A stretch of DNA of 64,000 nucleotides from the IMG/VR virus record IMGVR_UViG_3300023184_000024, positions 62,001 through 126,000 of that record; one strand, written 5' to 3'. Below, one piece after another: positions 9,792 to 19,518 of the stretch; the stretch's first letter is position 1, and each line of letters starts with the position of its first letter. A program made the translations under genes and the position numbers. A model generated the notes under the pieces. It had not been told where the DNA came from. It saw only the letters and a program-made list of their open reading frames with translations, and ran no database searches.

Positions 9792-10853
9792 ATGCGATCA
9801 CAAGAATTCATACGTGAGTACAAAGAAAAATTCAACCAGGCTGTGATGCAGCCGGGGTTCAAGTTCAGCCAGGAAATCAACGGTGTTGTTTATAAAGTAA
9901 TTAATAAAATAGGCATGCCCGAAATGCTGGCACTAGACAAACAAGGTCAAGTAATCGGCGCCGCAACATTTTGGAAACACCCTACTCAAACCGGATTAGA
10001 AAGCCTGAGCACACACGTAGACCAAGCATGGCAAGGCAAGGGCATTGCCGCAAACATGTATGCTGTGATGCGCATGCTGGGAGTAAACATATCGCCATCG
10101 TCTAATAGAACTAACATGGGCAAGGCCATGTGGGCCAAATGGAGCCGACAAGGTGATGCTAAACATCTAAAGAATTTAAATCCACGAACCAAAGAGCAAG
10201 ATCTAGCAGAAGGCCTGTCACATCCAGTTATCTGTGTTGATGTACAGCCAGAATACAACGGAGGACCATGGCCGCCTGCCAATCCAAAGTTTGTTCAAAT
10301 AATGAATTTTGTACAAAAACAAACTGGCCCTGTGCTGTTCTTTGTCAATGCCGAAGATCAAGGCTTGAGTGGAGATTCCGTTCAACAAATACAACAATTC
10401 TGGGACGAAACCTTGGGCACAGAAGGTGAAGAAGGTGAGGACGAGAATGGTGATTACTATTACAACGAGCCGGAGAGCCCGATTGACTGGCGCCGCTTTG
10501 AAATAGTAGACAAGGGCTACGGATACTTGCGTTCATGGATGGATCACGGAATTGAACCAAGTACCATCGTTGCAACCATACGTGAAATGTACGCACAACA
10601 AGTCTCAGACACTAGAGACCTAGAGTTCCCTGCCTTTAATCGTCGTACTACTACACAAAGTTTAATTCAAGGTGCCATAGAAGAAATGCAAGATGATCCA
10701 ATGACTGTGGGCTGGGCCAGTGTTGGTCAACTAAAGCGTTTTAACGGTGCCTACTTGGTTGGTGGTGGCAGAGAAGAATGCCTGCGTGAAGTAGAATTAT
10801 TAATGAATGCGTTTAATATTAAATATAAACGTATAGATAGCTTGGTGTATTAA
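9792..10853 (+). CDS. GNAT acetyltransferase domain fused to a cysteine-hydrolase-like domain; CTS-like N-terminus
   Basis: MRSQEFIRE; VDQAWQGKGIAANMY (acetyl-CoA motif A); second domain ICVDVQP...LVGGGREECL resembles the isochorismatase D/C motifs. Confidence 0.6.
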   Translation: MRSQEFIREYKEKFNQAVMQPGFKFSQEINGVVYKVINKIGMPEMLALDKQGQVIGAATFWKHPTQTGLESLSTHVDQAWQGKGIAANMYAVMRMLGVNISPSSNRTNMGKAMWAKWSRQGDAKHLKNLNPRTKEQDLAEGLSHPVICVDVQPEYNGGPWPPANPKFVQIMNFVQKQTGPVLFFVNAEDQGLSGDSVQQIQQFWDETLGTEGEEGEDENGDYYYNEPESPIDWRRFEIVDKGYGYLRSWMDHGIEPSTIVATIREMYAQQVSDTRDLEFPAFNRRTTTQSLIQGAIEEMQDDPMTVGWASVGQLKRFNGAYLVGGGREECLREVELLMNAFNIKYKRIDSLVY

Positions 10854-11339
10854 ATGAGAGCACAAGAGTTTATCACCGAAGGCAAGTTAAGTGTAGATGT
10901 GCCCAACGAAGCGTGGTTACAAGACAAGATTGACTATGCCAAAAGCAAAGGTCGTAACAGTTACGGTGTTCCATATATGGGTAGTACTACTGCTTCTGTT
11001 CAAGGAACTCCACCTAGAGTGCGTGTAATGAGATTAGCATCATTGCCGGGTATGCGCCATGAACAAACCAATGTGCGTCAAGATGACCTAAAGTGGTTGA
11101 TGGACTACATGGAACGCACAGGCAAGTTGCCACCCATGGGCAGTAACCCCGACCAAGAATACTTGCCCTACATCATGGTGGCATACAACGGTGAAGCATG
11201 GGTCAACGAAGGCAATCATCGTATCATGGCCGCTTATAGATTAAACTGGCAGGACATGCCCATTGAAATACGCTACTTTGATGGCGGCGAAAGAATTGCA
11301 ACAGGGCCAATGGCACCAGGCAAGATTGGACTAGCATGA
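10854..11339 (+). CDS. ParB/Srx N-terminal-like domain protein; CTS-like N-terminus
   Basis: MRAQEFITE; VNEGNHRIMAA matches the ParB GxxR motif. Confidence 0.65.
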   Translation: MRAQEFITEGKLSVDVPNEAWLQDKIDYAKSKGRNSYGVPYMGSTTASVQGTPPRVRVMRLASLPGMRHEQTNVRQDDLKWLMDYMERTGKLPPMGSNPDQEYLPYIMVAYNGEAWVNEGNHRIMAAYRLNWQDMPIEIRYFDGGERIATGPMAPGKIGLA

Positions 11340-11914
11340 GAGCCCAAGAGTTTGTTACTGAAACAATAAATCCAGATATTCTCAACAAGAGATTCCGGCA
11401 CAAACAAGTAATTGGTGATTACACTTACACAGCGTCAGTTGAGATGTTTATAGGTGAGCCGTTGTTGAACATCAAGGTTTATAATGGTGACACCGAAATA
11501 GGGCATGCCATGTTTGAAGTATTTCACTGGGAAGACCAACCATCTAAAAGCCACATAGAAAGCGGTGGCACCGAAGTTGATCCAAAATACAGAAACAAAG
11601 GTGTTGCTTCTACAATGTATGCCTATGCAAAAATGTTGGGCAATGATATTAGAGCCAGTTCTAATAGAACACCTCAAGGTAAGGCAATGTGGGCAGCCTG
11701 GGAAAAGTCGGGCGATGCGCAACACATAACTAGACCAGTTGAAGAAAACTTTGCAGATGGCAAAAAGCCTGGACGCAAAGGACTAGCCAAACGCTCAGGT
11801 GTTGACTGTAAACAAAGCGTGACCAAACTGCGTAACATTGCTGCCAACAGTTCTGGCGAACGACAAAGAATGGCACACTGGTGCGCCAACATGAAATCAG
11901 GCAAGAAAAAATGA
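11336..11914 (+). CDS. GNAT acetyltransferase domain plus basic C-terminal module; CTS-like N-terminus
   Basis: MRAQEFVTE; VDPKYRNKGVASTMY; PVEE linker, then NFADGKKPGRKG...HWCANMK module. Confidence 0.7.
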   Translation: MRAQEFVTETINPDILNKRFRHKQVIGDYTYTASVEMFIGEPLLNIKVYNGDTEIGHAMFEVFHWEDQPSKSHIESGGTEVDPKYRNKGVASTMYAYAKMLGNDIRASSNRTPQGKAMWAAWEKSGDAQHITRPVEENFADGKKPGRKGLAKRSGVDCKQSVTKLRNIAANSSGERQRMAHWCANMKSGKKK

Positions 11915-12108
11915 AAGCACAAGAGTTTATAACCAGGCCCAAACTCAAAGTTTATGCGGTAAAGATAAAACTACCACAGGGCGGATATAATAACATTGTT
12001 GACACAACTGTGATGGCAAAAAACCCTGAAATGGCTCGTCGTATTTTGCGTACCCAATATAATAATGCCAACATAATTGTGGGCCAGCCCAAAGAAATCA
12101 AACAATAA
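11911..12108 (+). CDS. Small hypothetical protein with CTS-like N-terminus
   Basis: True start is ATG 11911 (ATGA overlap with the previous stop): MKAQEFITRP. Confidence 0.7.
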   Translation: MKAQEFITRPKLKVYAVKIKLPQGGYNNIVDTTVMAKNPEMARRILRTQYNNANIIVGQPKEIKQ

Positions 12109-12126
12109 ATTCACGCTAAATACTGC

Positions 12127-12432
12127 GTGGATAATATATTTGTACAAGCTTGTTTTGACCTGCACTGTGAGTGGAAGGAAACTCCCCCATCGTATCGTGT
12201 TTTTGTAAACAACGAATTGTTTACAGAGCGAACGTATGTATGGACTGACTACTACTTAACAGAAATGTTGCAAATTGAAGCTCCTGCAGGACATTATCAA
12301 ATAACAATAGTTCCAATGGGGCCCGAAGCCGATACATTGATTGTCAACAATTGGGACATAGAATACGGAACTGCTCGATGGCTTACAAAAGAGTCTGAGT
12401 CATTTAAAAACACCTTGGAAATACACCCATGA
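12127..12432 (+). CDS. Hypothetical protein
   Basis: ORF in the operon, preceded by TAAATA at 12117. Confidence 0.55.
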   Translation: MDNIFVQACFDLHCEWKETPPSYRVFVNNELFTERTYVWTDYYLTEMLQIEAPAGHYQITIVPMGPEADTLIVNNWDIEYGTARWLTKESESFKNTLEIHP

Positions 12433-12599
12433 GATGGCGAGAAATAATGGAAAATATCAGCTCAGGGACCACTGGGGCCGGGTCAATTTCTGTGGTCAGC
12501 AATCCCATTGGGAAAGTAATTACCAGAACAGAGAATAAAAAAATAGGTAAATATTCTAATAGTCCAAACCCAACACCGTACAGTAAGAAAAAGGAATAA
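12429..12599 (+). CDS. 56-aa hypothetical protein (below ORF-track cutoff), CTS-like start
   Basis: MRWREIMENISSGTTGAGSISVVSNPIG...KKKE; fills the gap exactly, with ATGA overlap. Confidence 0.65.
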   Translation: MRWREIMENISSGTTGAGSISVVSNPIGKVITRTENKKIGKYSNSPNPTPYSKKKE

Positions 12600-12601
12600 G
12601 A

Positions 12602-13042
12602 ATGCTTGCCGAAGATTTAAAAACGTTATTAGCTACCCAATATGCATTGAGCATCAAAGCTCAGAATTTTCACTGGAATGTTGAAGGTCCGGACTTTGCT
12701 GAATACCATGACTTCTTTGCCAACTTCTACGAAGAAGTGTACGGCGCTGTTGATCGCATTGCCGAATATATTCGCACATTGGACGAGTACAGCCCCGGCA
12801 GTTTTGAACGTTTTCAAGAATTGTCAGCTATCCAGGGACAAATAAAAATTCCACGTGCCAGATTAATGATAGAAGAATTACTAAGTGATAACCAGACCAT
12901 GACTGATTTGTTAAACCAATGCTTTTCATCGGCCACGCAAGAAAACAATCAAGGTATTGCCAATTTCATAGCTGAACGGCTAGATGCACACGGCAAACAT
13001 GGCTGGATGTTGAGAAGTTTCCTCAAGGATAACCGGGCATGA
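12602..13042 (+). CDS. dps: Dps family ferritin-like DNA protection protein
   Basis: QNFHWNVEGPDF..YHDFF..FYEE...VDRIAEYIRTL; H/WML C-terminal motif. Confidence 0.92.
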   Translation: MLAEDLKTLLATQYALSIKAQNFHWNVEGPDFAEYHDFFANFYEEVYGAVDRIAEYIRTLDEYSPGSFERFQELSAIQGQIKIPRARLMIEELLSDNQTMTDLLNQCFSSATQENNQGIANFIAERLDAHGKHGWMLRSFLKDNRA

Positions 13043-13524
13043 GCAACGACATTTATAAAATTCTACAAAAGTTTGACGAGGCAGAAACTCCCAAACAACT
13101 TCCAGCTTTGTTTAAACCCAAAAATATTAGTCCTGTGTTAGGCGCCAACAAGGATAAAAAAGATCCCATGGACGGATATCTAGTTGGTGAAGATATTATT
13201 AGCACAGTTAAGAAAAAACTGGGAGATTATCTCAGCAACATCGAAGATGAAATTAAAAAAGATCCAGGACTGATAAAGCAGGAACTTAGTTCGCAGATTG
13301 ATCAGCCGGGACCAGCAGTAAAAACTATAACCACAGATGACGGGAATGAAATTAAAATTCACGGCAACGAAGACGATGGGTTTAGAATAACAATTAAAAA
13401 CAAACCATCTACTGCACACTTTGAAAACTTAGACCATGCTGTCATGGCCTGCGAGATGTTCTGCAATCGTAGAAGAACTCAGAATTTAAATGCAGACTAT
13501 GTGGAAGAAAAAAGCAACATTTAA
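13039..13524 (+). CDS. Hypothetical protein
   Basis: Overlapping operon ORF. Confidence 0.6.
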   Translation: MSNDIYKILQKFDEAETPKQLPALFKPKNISPVLGANKDKKDPMDGYLVGEDIISTVKKKLGDYLSNIEDEIKKDPGLIKQELSSQIDQPGPAVKTITTDDGNEIKIHGNEDDGFRITIKNKPSTAHFENLDHAVMACEMFCNRRRTQNLNADYVEEKSNI

Positions 13525-13554
13525 TTCCACAGCGGTTGACATTTTCTTGTTACG

Positions 13555-14319
13555 TTGATAATAATAAACTTTTTGCCTGGTGCTCTTGGGTTTTTAACTC
13601 TCAAGACTATTCATGCGCATTGGCCTACCCACTTTTTCTACGACAAGATTCACGACAATAGTACGTCAAACAATCACTCTGTACAGCCTAATTTATTTCT
13701 ATCAAACCAATCAGAAATAACCACTGGTCAATTGTCATTGTTGGATCAATTGTCCAAAACTCCGTCAATTGTGTTGGTACACAATCTAAAACTAATTCCC
13801 AGCAACATCATTGACAAATCTAATGTCTTTACAATTTCCTGCGATGTAGGCGCAGTTCGACAAGCTAATTTTTTATATTGGTTTAAAAATACAAAGTCTA
13901 CTTTTGAGTGGGTGCAACGTCAGAAACAATTTGATTTTTACCAGGCCGCATACCAAGAATTAGTGCGAATGTATCAACAACCGGACACTGTAGATCTAGG
14001 AACCTGCGTTGATTTTTGGAAGTTAAATCAGGTTGATTCGTTGATTCCTTTGCTGGATGCTGTTAAAAATGAGTACCAAATAGACCCGTATATTTTAAAG
14101 CATAAATGGTATGTTGATAATTACAATAGATCAGTTTCGCCAATGCATGAGAACTTGAAGATTTACAATTATTTCATAGAACTATTGCATGAATTAGATG
14201 AAAACCCAACTGAACTTCTAGGGCATCCTTACCAGGAAATATTAACTGCTGAATCCAGAGAAAAGTTAAAAACATGTATTGACTTTTTTCATCAGCTGTA
14301 TAAAAATCAAACTACATAA
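13555..14319 (+). CDS. Hypothetical protein (start uncertain)
   Basis: 254-aa ORF; N-terminus INFLPGALG resembles the 27370 ORF. Confidence 0.5.
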   Translation: MIIINFLPGALGFLTLKTIHAHWPTHFFYDKIHDNSTSNNHSVQPNLFLSNQSEITTGQLSLLDQLSKTPSIVLVHNLKLIPSNIIDKSNVFTISCDVGAVRQANFLYWFKNTKSTFEWVQRQKQFDFYQAAYQELVRMYQQPDTVDLGTCVDFWKLNQVDSLIPLLDAVKNEYQIDPYILKHKWYVDNYNRSVSPMHENLKIYNYFIELLHELDENPTELLGHPYQEILTAESREKLKTCIDFFHQLYKNQTT

Positions 14320-14346
14320 ATACAACGTTACTGGAGATAACAAAAA

Positions 14347-14946
14347 ATGACTAATCGAACTCTTGCAATTAAAGGTGTAGGCTTTCACGCTACACAAGCC
14401 TCTGTACGTGTAAAAATAGATGGAAATATAGTGTATGAAGGGCCTGTGCTCACTGATACCACAAACCCTTACAATCTACAAGGATCCCCGTTGATGACTG
14501 CCTTGGAAAACGGCGTACCAGTGCTTACACCAGTTTACTCCTGGGAAGAATCCATGGAATTTGCTGGTACGCACCAGTTGGAAATCATGGCCACAGCTGG
14601 AGACTTTTTGTACACTCATGCGCAATCAAATTTCATGCCAGTTGCTTTGAAAACTAACCCCACTGAGATGTTTTCCACTAGAAAAGCTATATGGATCAGT
14701 TGTTTTGCACAAGAGCAATCACCGGGCAACATTTATAGAGACCCAAACAGCAATGTTGTCATTGATGGCATTGAACAAGGAAGAACTGTGATTAGCTCCA
14801 ATCAGCACTACGGTCAATTTTATCGTGGTATCCAAGAAGGCAAGACTTTGACCTGCACTCTCAATATTTCTGCGGGTCTTGAAGAGCCATTATTTGCCCC
14901 ACCATGGGATTATACTATGGGTAGTTACTACGGATTTGAAGTTTAA
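14347..14946 (+). CDS. Hypothetical protein
   Basis: GGAG RBS and ATAAATA (14316) upstream. Confidence 0.65.
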   Translation: MTNRTLAIKGVGFHATQASVRVKIDGNIVYEGPVLTDTTNPYNLQGSPLMTALENGVPVLTPVYSWEESMEFAGTHQLEIMATAGDFLYTHAQSNFMPVALKTNPTEMFSTRKAIWISCFAQEQSPGNIYRDPNSNVVIDGIEQGRTVISSNQHYGQFYRGIQEGKTLTCTLNISAGLEEPLFAPPWDYTMGSYYGFEV

Positions 14947-14964
14947 TCAACCTTAAACTACAAT

Positions 14965-15016
14965 GGCGGCTGCTGCCAGGAGTCATAGGTCGCTACCTTG
15001 TGACGCCAAGTGAGCA
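14965..15016 (+). ncRNA. Candidate structured cis-regulatory RNA (hairpin/pseudoknot, SAM-SAH-riboswitch-like)
   Basis: GC-rich island in an AT-rich spacer; GUCAUA(14982)/UGUGAC(15004) stem; loop GCU can pair with AGC in GAGCA (15012-15016). Confidence 0.35.
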
Positions 15017-15028
15017 CAAACAACATCA

Positions 15029-15493
15029 ATGAATATCTGCCAGGTTCCATATCGAGCTCTCACCATAGACTTCGACGGTAATTGTTTTATTTGTCATCAT
15101 GCCAAATGGCTGCCCATGCCGGTTGGAAGAATCGAAAATATCACCGATTTACGCAATGTTTGGTCAAGCCCAATTGCACGTATGCTCCAACAAGACATCG
15201 AATTAAACCGATTCACTTGGTGTGCTACCAAACATTGTGGCATATTAAAACAACATCAGCAACTCGACCACTATCAAATCACAGTGATGTTAGATGGTTT
15301 AGCAGAGGATTCAGAATTAAATTGCACCATTGATCGGTTAAACAAACTGTTCTATCTACTTGACCAATTTACAGAATCGTGTATAATTAAAATCATAGGA
15401 ACAACATCAACTTTGGATTCTACAATTGTATCGTTGATCAACACTTATACTCCAACCAACCCCAAGCAAATTTTAAATATTCAATTAACCTAA
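15029..15493 (+). CDS. SPASM/twitch-like Fe-S domain protein
   Basis: CQVPY..LTIDFDGNCFIC...VG.I....VWSS...F..C...C pattern; no radical SAM core. Confidence 0.55.
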   Translation: MNICQVPYRALTIDFDGNCFICHHAKWLPMPVGRIENITDLRNVWSSPIARMLQQDIELNRFTWCATKHCGILKQHQQLDHYQITVMLDGLAEDSELNCTIDRLNKLFYLLDQFTESCIIKIIGTTSTLDSTIVSLINTYTPTNPKQILNIQLT

Positions 15494-15497
15494 ATAA

Positions 15498-15526
15498 TTG
15501 ACTTTTGTTTGGCCACACTGTATACT
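15498..15526 (+). promoter_or_regulatory. sigma70-type promoter
   Basis: TTGACT-N17-TATACT, then AAGGAG RBS and ATG 15545. Confidence 0.7.
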
Positions 15527-15544
15527 AGAACACAAGGAGAAATT

Positions 15545-15805
15545 ATGTTAGAAAAAACTTTTAATGGTGAACAAAAAATCAAGCTCACTCAACTGATCAA
15601 TGAAGGTATGCAGGTCATGCACGAAGTGGAAACACTCAATGCTGGTCTCAGTGATACCATCAAAGCAATAGCCGAAGAACTTGAAGTCAAACCCAGTGTG
15701 CTTAAAAAAGCCATCAGGGTAGCACACAAAGCAGAGTTTGGCAAGACGCAACAGGAACAGGTTCTTCTTGAAACAATTTTGACCACAGTCGGCAAAACTT
15801 TGTAA
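15545..15805 (+). CDS. Small DNA-binding protein (T4 DsbA/GapR-like)
   Basis: Helical L..LI.E......V......L.D.IK.IAEELEV pattern; AAGGAGA RBS supports start 15545. Confidence 0.5.
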   Translation: MLEKTFNGEQKIKLTQLINEGMQVMHEVETLNAGLSDTIKAIAEELEVKPSVLKKAIRVAHKAEFGKTQQEQVLLETILTTVGKTL

Positions 15806-15880
15806 ATAATTTATCAATGTATCGCCTACAGTACAGGCATGTAGAATGGTATGTGTGGGCCATAAGCCACCAGGAGCACA

Positions 15881-18538
15881 ATGAGTTACGTCGACGCACT
15901 TTTTGATCGTGAACACGATCGCATTCATGTTGTAGAAAGAAAAAATGGCATACGGGAATATCGAGAATATCCTGCCAGCTATATTTTTTACTATGACGAC
16001 CCACGTGGTAAATTTCGTAGTATTTTTGGCGGGTCTGTTTCAAGATTCAGCACACGCAACAACAAAGAGTTTCGCAAAGAAATACGTATTCAGAGCAGCC
16101 GCCAAATCTATGAAAGTGATATTAATCCTGTTTTTAGATGCTTTGAAGAAAACTACAAAGGCCAAGATGCTCCAAAATTGCACACAGCATTTTTTGACAT
16201 TGAAGTAGACTTTGATCCAGAGCGAGGCTTTAGTCCACCCAGTGACCCGTTCAACCCAATTACTGCAATTTCAGTTTACCTAGACTGGCTAGACCAACTG
16301 GTCACACTAGTGGTGCCACCTCGACACATGAGTCAAGAGACTGCTCAAGAAATTGCCAAAGAATTTGAAAATACCATTATCTTTGCCAACGAAGGTGAAC
16401 TGTTAAACACTTTTTTGGATCTCATTGATGATGCCGACGTACTAAGTGGATGGAACAGTGAAGGTTTTGATATTCCGTACACTGTGCAACGTATAACTCG
16501 AGTTCTTAGCAAAGACGATACTCGTAGATTTTGTTTATGGGGGCAATTACCTAAACAACGCACATTTGAAAGATTCGGTGCAGAAAATATCACATTTGAC
16601 TTGATTGGTCGTGTTCACATGGATTACATGCAGTTATATCGCAAATACACCTATGAAGAACGTCACAGTTATTCATTGGATGCAATCGGCGAGCACGAAC
16701 TAAACGAACGTAAGACTGCGTTCGAAGGCACATTGGATCAGTTGTACAATCAAAACTTTAAAACATTTATCGAGTACAACAGACAAGATACAATGTTACT
16801 GGCCAGATTAGATAAGAAATTACGTTTCTTAGATCTGGCCAACGAATTGGCACATGCCAACACTGTATTGCTACAAACCACCATGGGTGCAGTAGCAGTA
16901 ACCGAGCAAGCGATTATAAATGAAGCGCACGAAAGAGGCGTCGTAGTTCCTAACCGTAAAGAAAGATTCACAGATGAAGATACACAAGCCGCAGGTGCCT
17001 ATGTTGCTTATCCCAAAAAAGGCATCCACGAATGGGTCGGTGCAATTGACATTAACTCGCTCTACCCCTCAGCGATCCGCGCTCTTAACATGGCGCCCGA
17101 AACAATTATTGGACAACTCCGTCCGATAATGACCAATCGGATTATCAAAGAAAAAATTGATAAAGGTGCCAGTTTTGCGGCAGCCTGGGAAGGCCTGTTT
17201 GCCAGCTTGGAATATACCGCTGTGATGGAACAACAACGTGGCACAGAAATTACCATAGATTGGCAAAATGGTGAAGAGAGTGTTCACAGTGCCGCTGAAA
17301 TTTGGCAAATAGTTTTTAACAGTAATAACCCTTGGATTCTCAGTGCAAATGGCACCATCTTCAACTATGACCAGGAAGGCATCATTCCGGGCCTGCTTGC
17401 ACGATGGTACAGAGAACGTAAAGAACTACAAGTCAAGTTAAAAGAGTCAACAACCAAACAAGATCAAGAATTTTGGGACAAGAGACAGCTGGTCAAGAAG
17501 ATTAACTTGAACAGTTTGTATGGTGCTATTCTTAATCCCGGTTGTAGGTTCTTTGACAAACGCATTGGACAGAGTACTACGCTAACTGGTCGTAGTATTG
17601 CCAAGCACATGGACAGTTTTGTCAACGAGTGCATCACTGGCAAGTACGATCACACTGGTGACTCTATTATCTACGGGGACACTGACTCTGTTTATTTTAG
17701 TGCATGGCCGGTCCTTAAACAAGAAGTTGCCGAAGGACGAATGGAATGGAGCAAAGAAACTTGCATTGCTTTGTACGATTCCATTGCTGATCAAGTCAAT
17801 CAAAGTTTTCCTGGATTTATGGAACAAGCATTTCATTGTCCGAGAGATATGGGATCCATCATCAAAGGCGGTCGAGAGTTGATTGCTGATCGTAGCCTGT
17901 TTATTACTAAAAAACGATATGCTGTCAACATCTTTGACAAAGAGGGCAAACGAAAAGACGTTGACGGAAAAACTGGCTCTATCAAAGCAATGGGGCTTGA
18001 TTTAAAACGTTCCGACACTCCTAAAATTATTCAAGACTTCTTGTGGGAAATTCTAAATAATGTACTTGCTGGTTCTACTCGAGTAGACATCATTGAACGT
18101 ATACGAAAATTCAAGTACGAGTTCATGGAACGTCCTGGTTGGGAAAAAGGTAGTCCCAAGCGTGTTAACAATTTGACCAAGTACGGCAAAGAAGAAGAAC
18201 GACTTGGAAGAGCAAACATGCCAGGGCATGTGAGAGCGGCAATTAACTGGAATAATATGCGCAGGATGAATGGAGATAATTATTCAATGCAGATAGTAGA
18301 TGGTATGAAAACTATTGTGTGTAAACTTAAATCAAATGCGCTTGGTTGGACCAGCATTGGTTATCCCACAGATGAGATACATCTTCCACAATGGTTCAAA
18401 GAATTGCCATTTGACGATGCAGAAATGGAAGCCACTGTGGTTGATCAAAAGATCAGCAACCTACTTGGTGTTCTTGACTGGGACCTGAGCAGTGCAACTA
18501 ATACAGAAAACACTTTCCAAAATTTATTTGAATTCTAA
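15881..18538 (+). CDS. Family B DNA polymerase with 3'-5' exonuclease
   Basis: ExoI FFDIEV, ExoII GWNSEGFDIPY, ExoIII YNRQD; pol motifs DINSLYPS, KINLNSLYG, YGDTDS, KKRYA. Confidence 0.97.
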   Translation: MSYVDALFDREHDRIHVVERKNGIREYREYPASYIFYYDDPRGKFRSIFGGSVSRFSTRNNKEFRKEIRIQSSRQIYESDINPVFRCFEENYKGQDAPKLHTAFFDIEVDFDPERGFSPPSDPFNPITAISVYLDWLDQLVTLVVPPRHMSQETAQEIAKEFENTIIFANEGELLNTFLDLIDDADVLSGWNSEGFDIPYTVQRITRVLSKDDTRRFCLWGQLPKQRTFERFGAENITFDLIGRVHMDYMQLYRKYTYEERHSYSLDAIGEHELNERKTAFEGTLDQLYNQNFKTFIEYNRQDTMLLARLDKKLRFLDLANELAHANTVLLQTTMGAVAVTEQAIINEAHERGVVVPNRKERFTDEDTQAAGAYVAYPKKGIHEWVGAIDINSLYPSAIRALNMAPETIIGQLRPIMTNRIIKEKIDKGASFAAAWEGLFASLEYTAVMEQQRGTEITIDWQNGEESVHSAAEIWQIVFNSNNPWILSANGTIFNYDQEGIIPGLLARWYRERKELQVKLKESTTKQDQEFWDKRQLVKKINLNSLYGAILNPGCRFFDKRIGQSTTLTGRSIAKHMDSFVNECITGKYDHTGDSIIYGDTDSVYFSAWPVLKQEVAEGRMEWSKETCIALYDSIADQVNQSFPGFMEQAFHCPRDMGSIIKGGRELIADRSLFITKKRYAVNIFDKEGKRKDVDGKTGSIKAMGLDLKRSDTPKIIQDFLWEILNNVLAGSTRVDIIERIRKFKYEFMERPGWEKGSPKRVNNLTKYGKEEERLGRANMPGHVRAAINWNNMRRMNGDNYSMQIVDGMKTIVCKLKSNALGWTSIGYPTDEIHLPQWFKELPFDDAEMEATVVDQKISNLLGVLDWDLSSATNTENTFQNLFEF

Positions 18539-19479
18539 TGAAACTCAGTGACATTGTCGGATATAAGAACTTGCTAAACAGTCTTACTTGTTTAGAGAGC
18601 AAAGCTATGATCAATAAAGAGCTTGGACCATCGTTGCATGCAGTGTTAACTGGCTTGTTGACCAGCCCTGAAAAAGGCCAACTTTTGTGCAAGAACCTAG
18701 CAGACATTCATTCACAGATTGATGTTTATATACAAACCCTTGACAGTATCAAGGATGATGTTCAACAGTTAATCAACAACGCAGAACCAGACTATCTAAA
18801 TGAAAGCTTTAGATTATACTCTGAAGAAATGGTCAATGATTCGACCGTACATATTTTAAATCGCAGGTTGGCTATAACGCCTGAAACTGATGAGTTTATT
18901 AAAAATCGAATCTCAATTTACAGTGACTGGCAGCACCCAGGTATCATTCTACGTCCCGGCATCGAAAGCTGGATTACTAATCTAGTCGGGCTAGATCCTC
19001 TGTATCTAGTAGATGAACGAGAAGAGTTGGTTAGTCCTGCTCTGCGAAGATTCAATGCTGAATATCAACGACGACTACGGACTTACGAAGTCAACGAACA
19101 AGACAAGGCCCCAATTTTCAAAGATTTGCCCGATGGTCAGTTTAGCTTTTGTTTTGCGTATAACTTTTTTCATTACAAACCAATAAGCATATTTTCCCGG
19201 TATATTGAAGAAGCGTTTACTAAACTTAAACCAGGTGGCGTATTTGCATTGACCTTCAATGACGGTGATCGCGCTGGCGGAGTGGAATTGGCTGAACGCA
19301 ATTTTATGGTTTACACGCCATGGCATATGATTAAAAGCATTGCCGAAAAAACTGGCTATGAAATTTTACGCTATGATCAATTAGATCACGCTACCACATG
19401 GGTTGAAATCAAAAAACCCGGAGAACTAACCAGCCTTAGAGGGGGCCAATCTTTAGCCAGACTGGTTGCAAAACCCTAA
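18538..19479 (+). CDS. Hypothetical protein with class I methyltransferase-like C-terminus
   Basis: LPDGQFSFCFAYNFF and LKPGGVFALTF resemble Rossmann MTase strands; the SAM-binding GxG motif is not clear. Confidence 0.45.
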   Translation: MKLSDIVGYKNLLNSLTCLESKAMINKELGPSLHAVLTGLLTSPEKGQLLCKNLADIHSQIDVYIQTLDSIKDDVQQLINNAEPDYLNESFRLYSEEMVNDSTVHILNRRLAITPETDEFIKNRISIYSDWQHPGIILRPGIESWITNLVGLDPLYLVDEREELVSPALRRFNAEYQRRLRTYEVNEQDKAPIFKDLPDGQFSFCFAYNFFHYKPISIFSRYIEEAFTKLKPGGVFALTFNDGDRAGGVELAERNFMVYTPWHMIKSIAEKTGYEILRYDQLDHATTWVEIKKPGELTSLRGGQSLARLVAKP

Positions 19480-19518
19480 CAGACATGCTATAATTTTTAA
19501 CACAGGAGAATATTTAAT

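Noticed and set aside
15881-18538. Intein or intron in the DNA polymerase
   Set aside because: All PolB motifs are present at normal spacing in one 885-aa ORF; no splicing motifs are seen.
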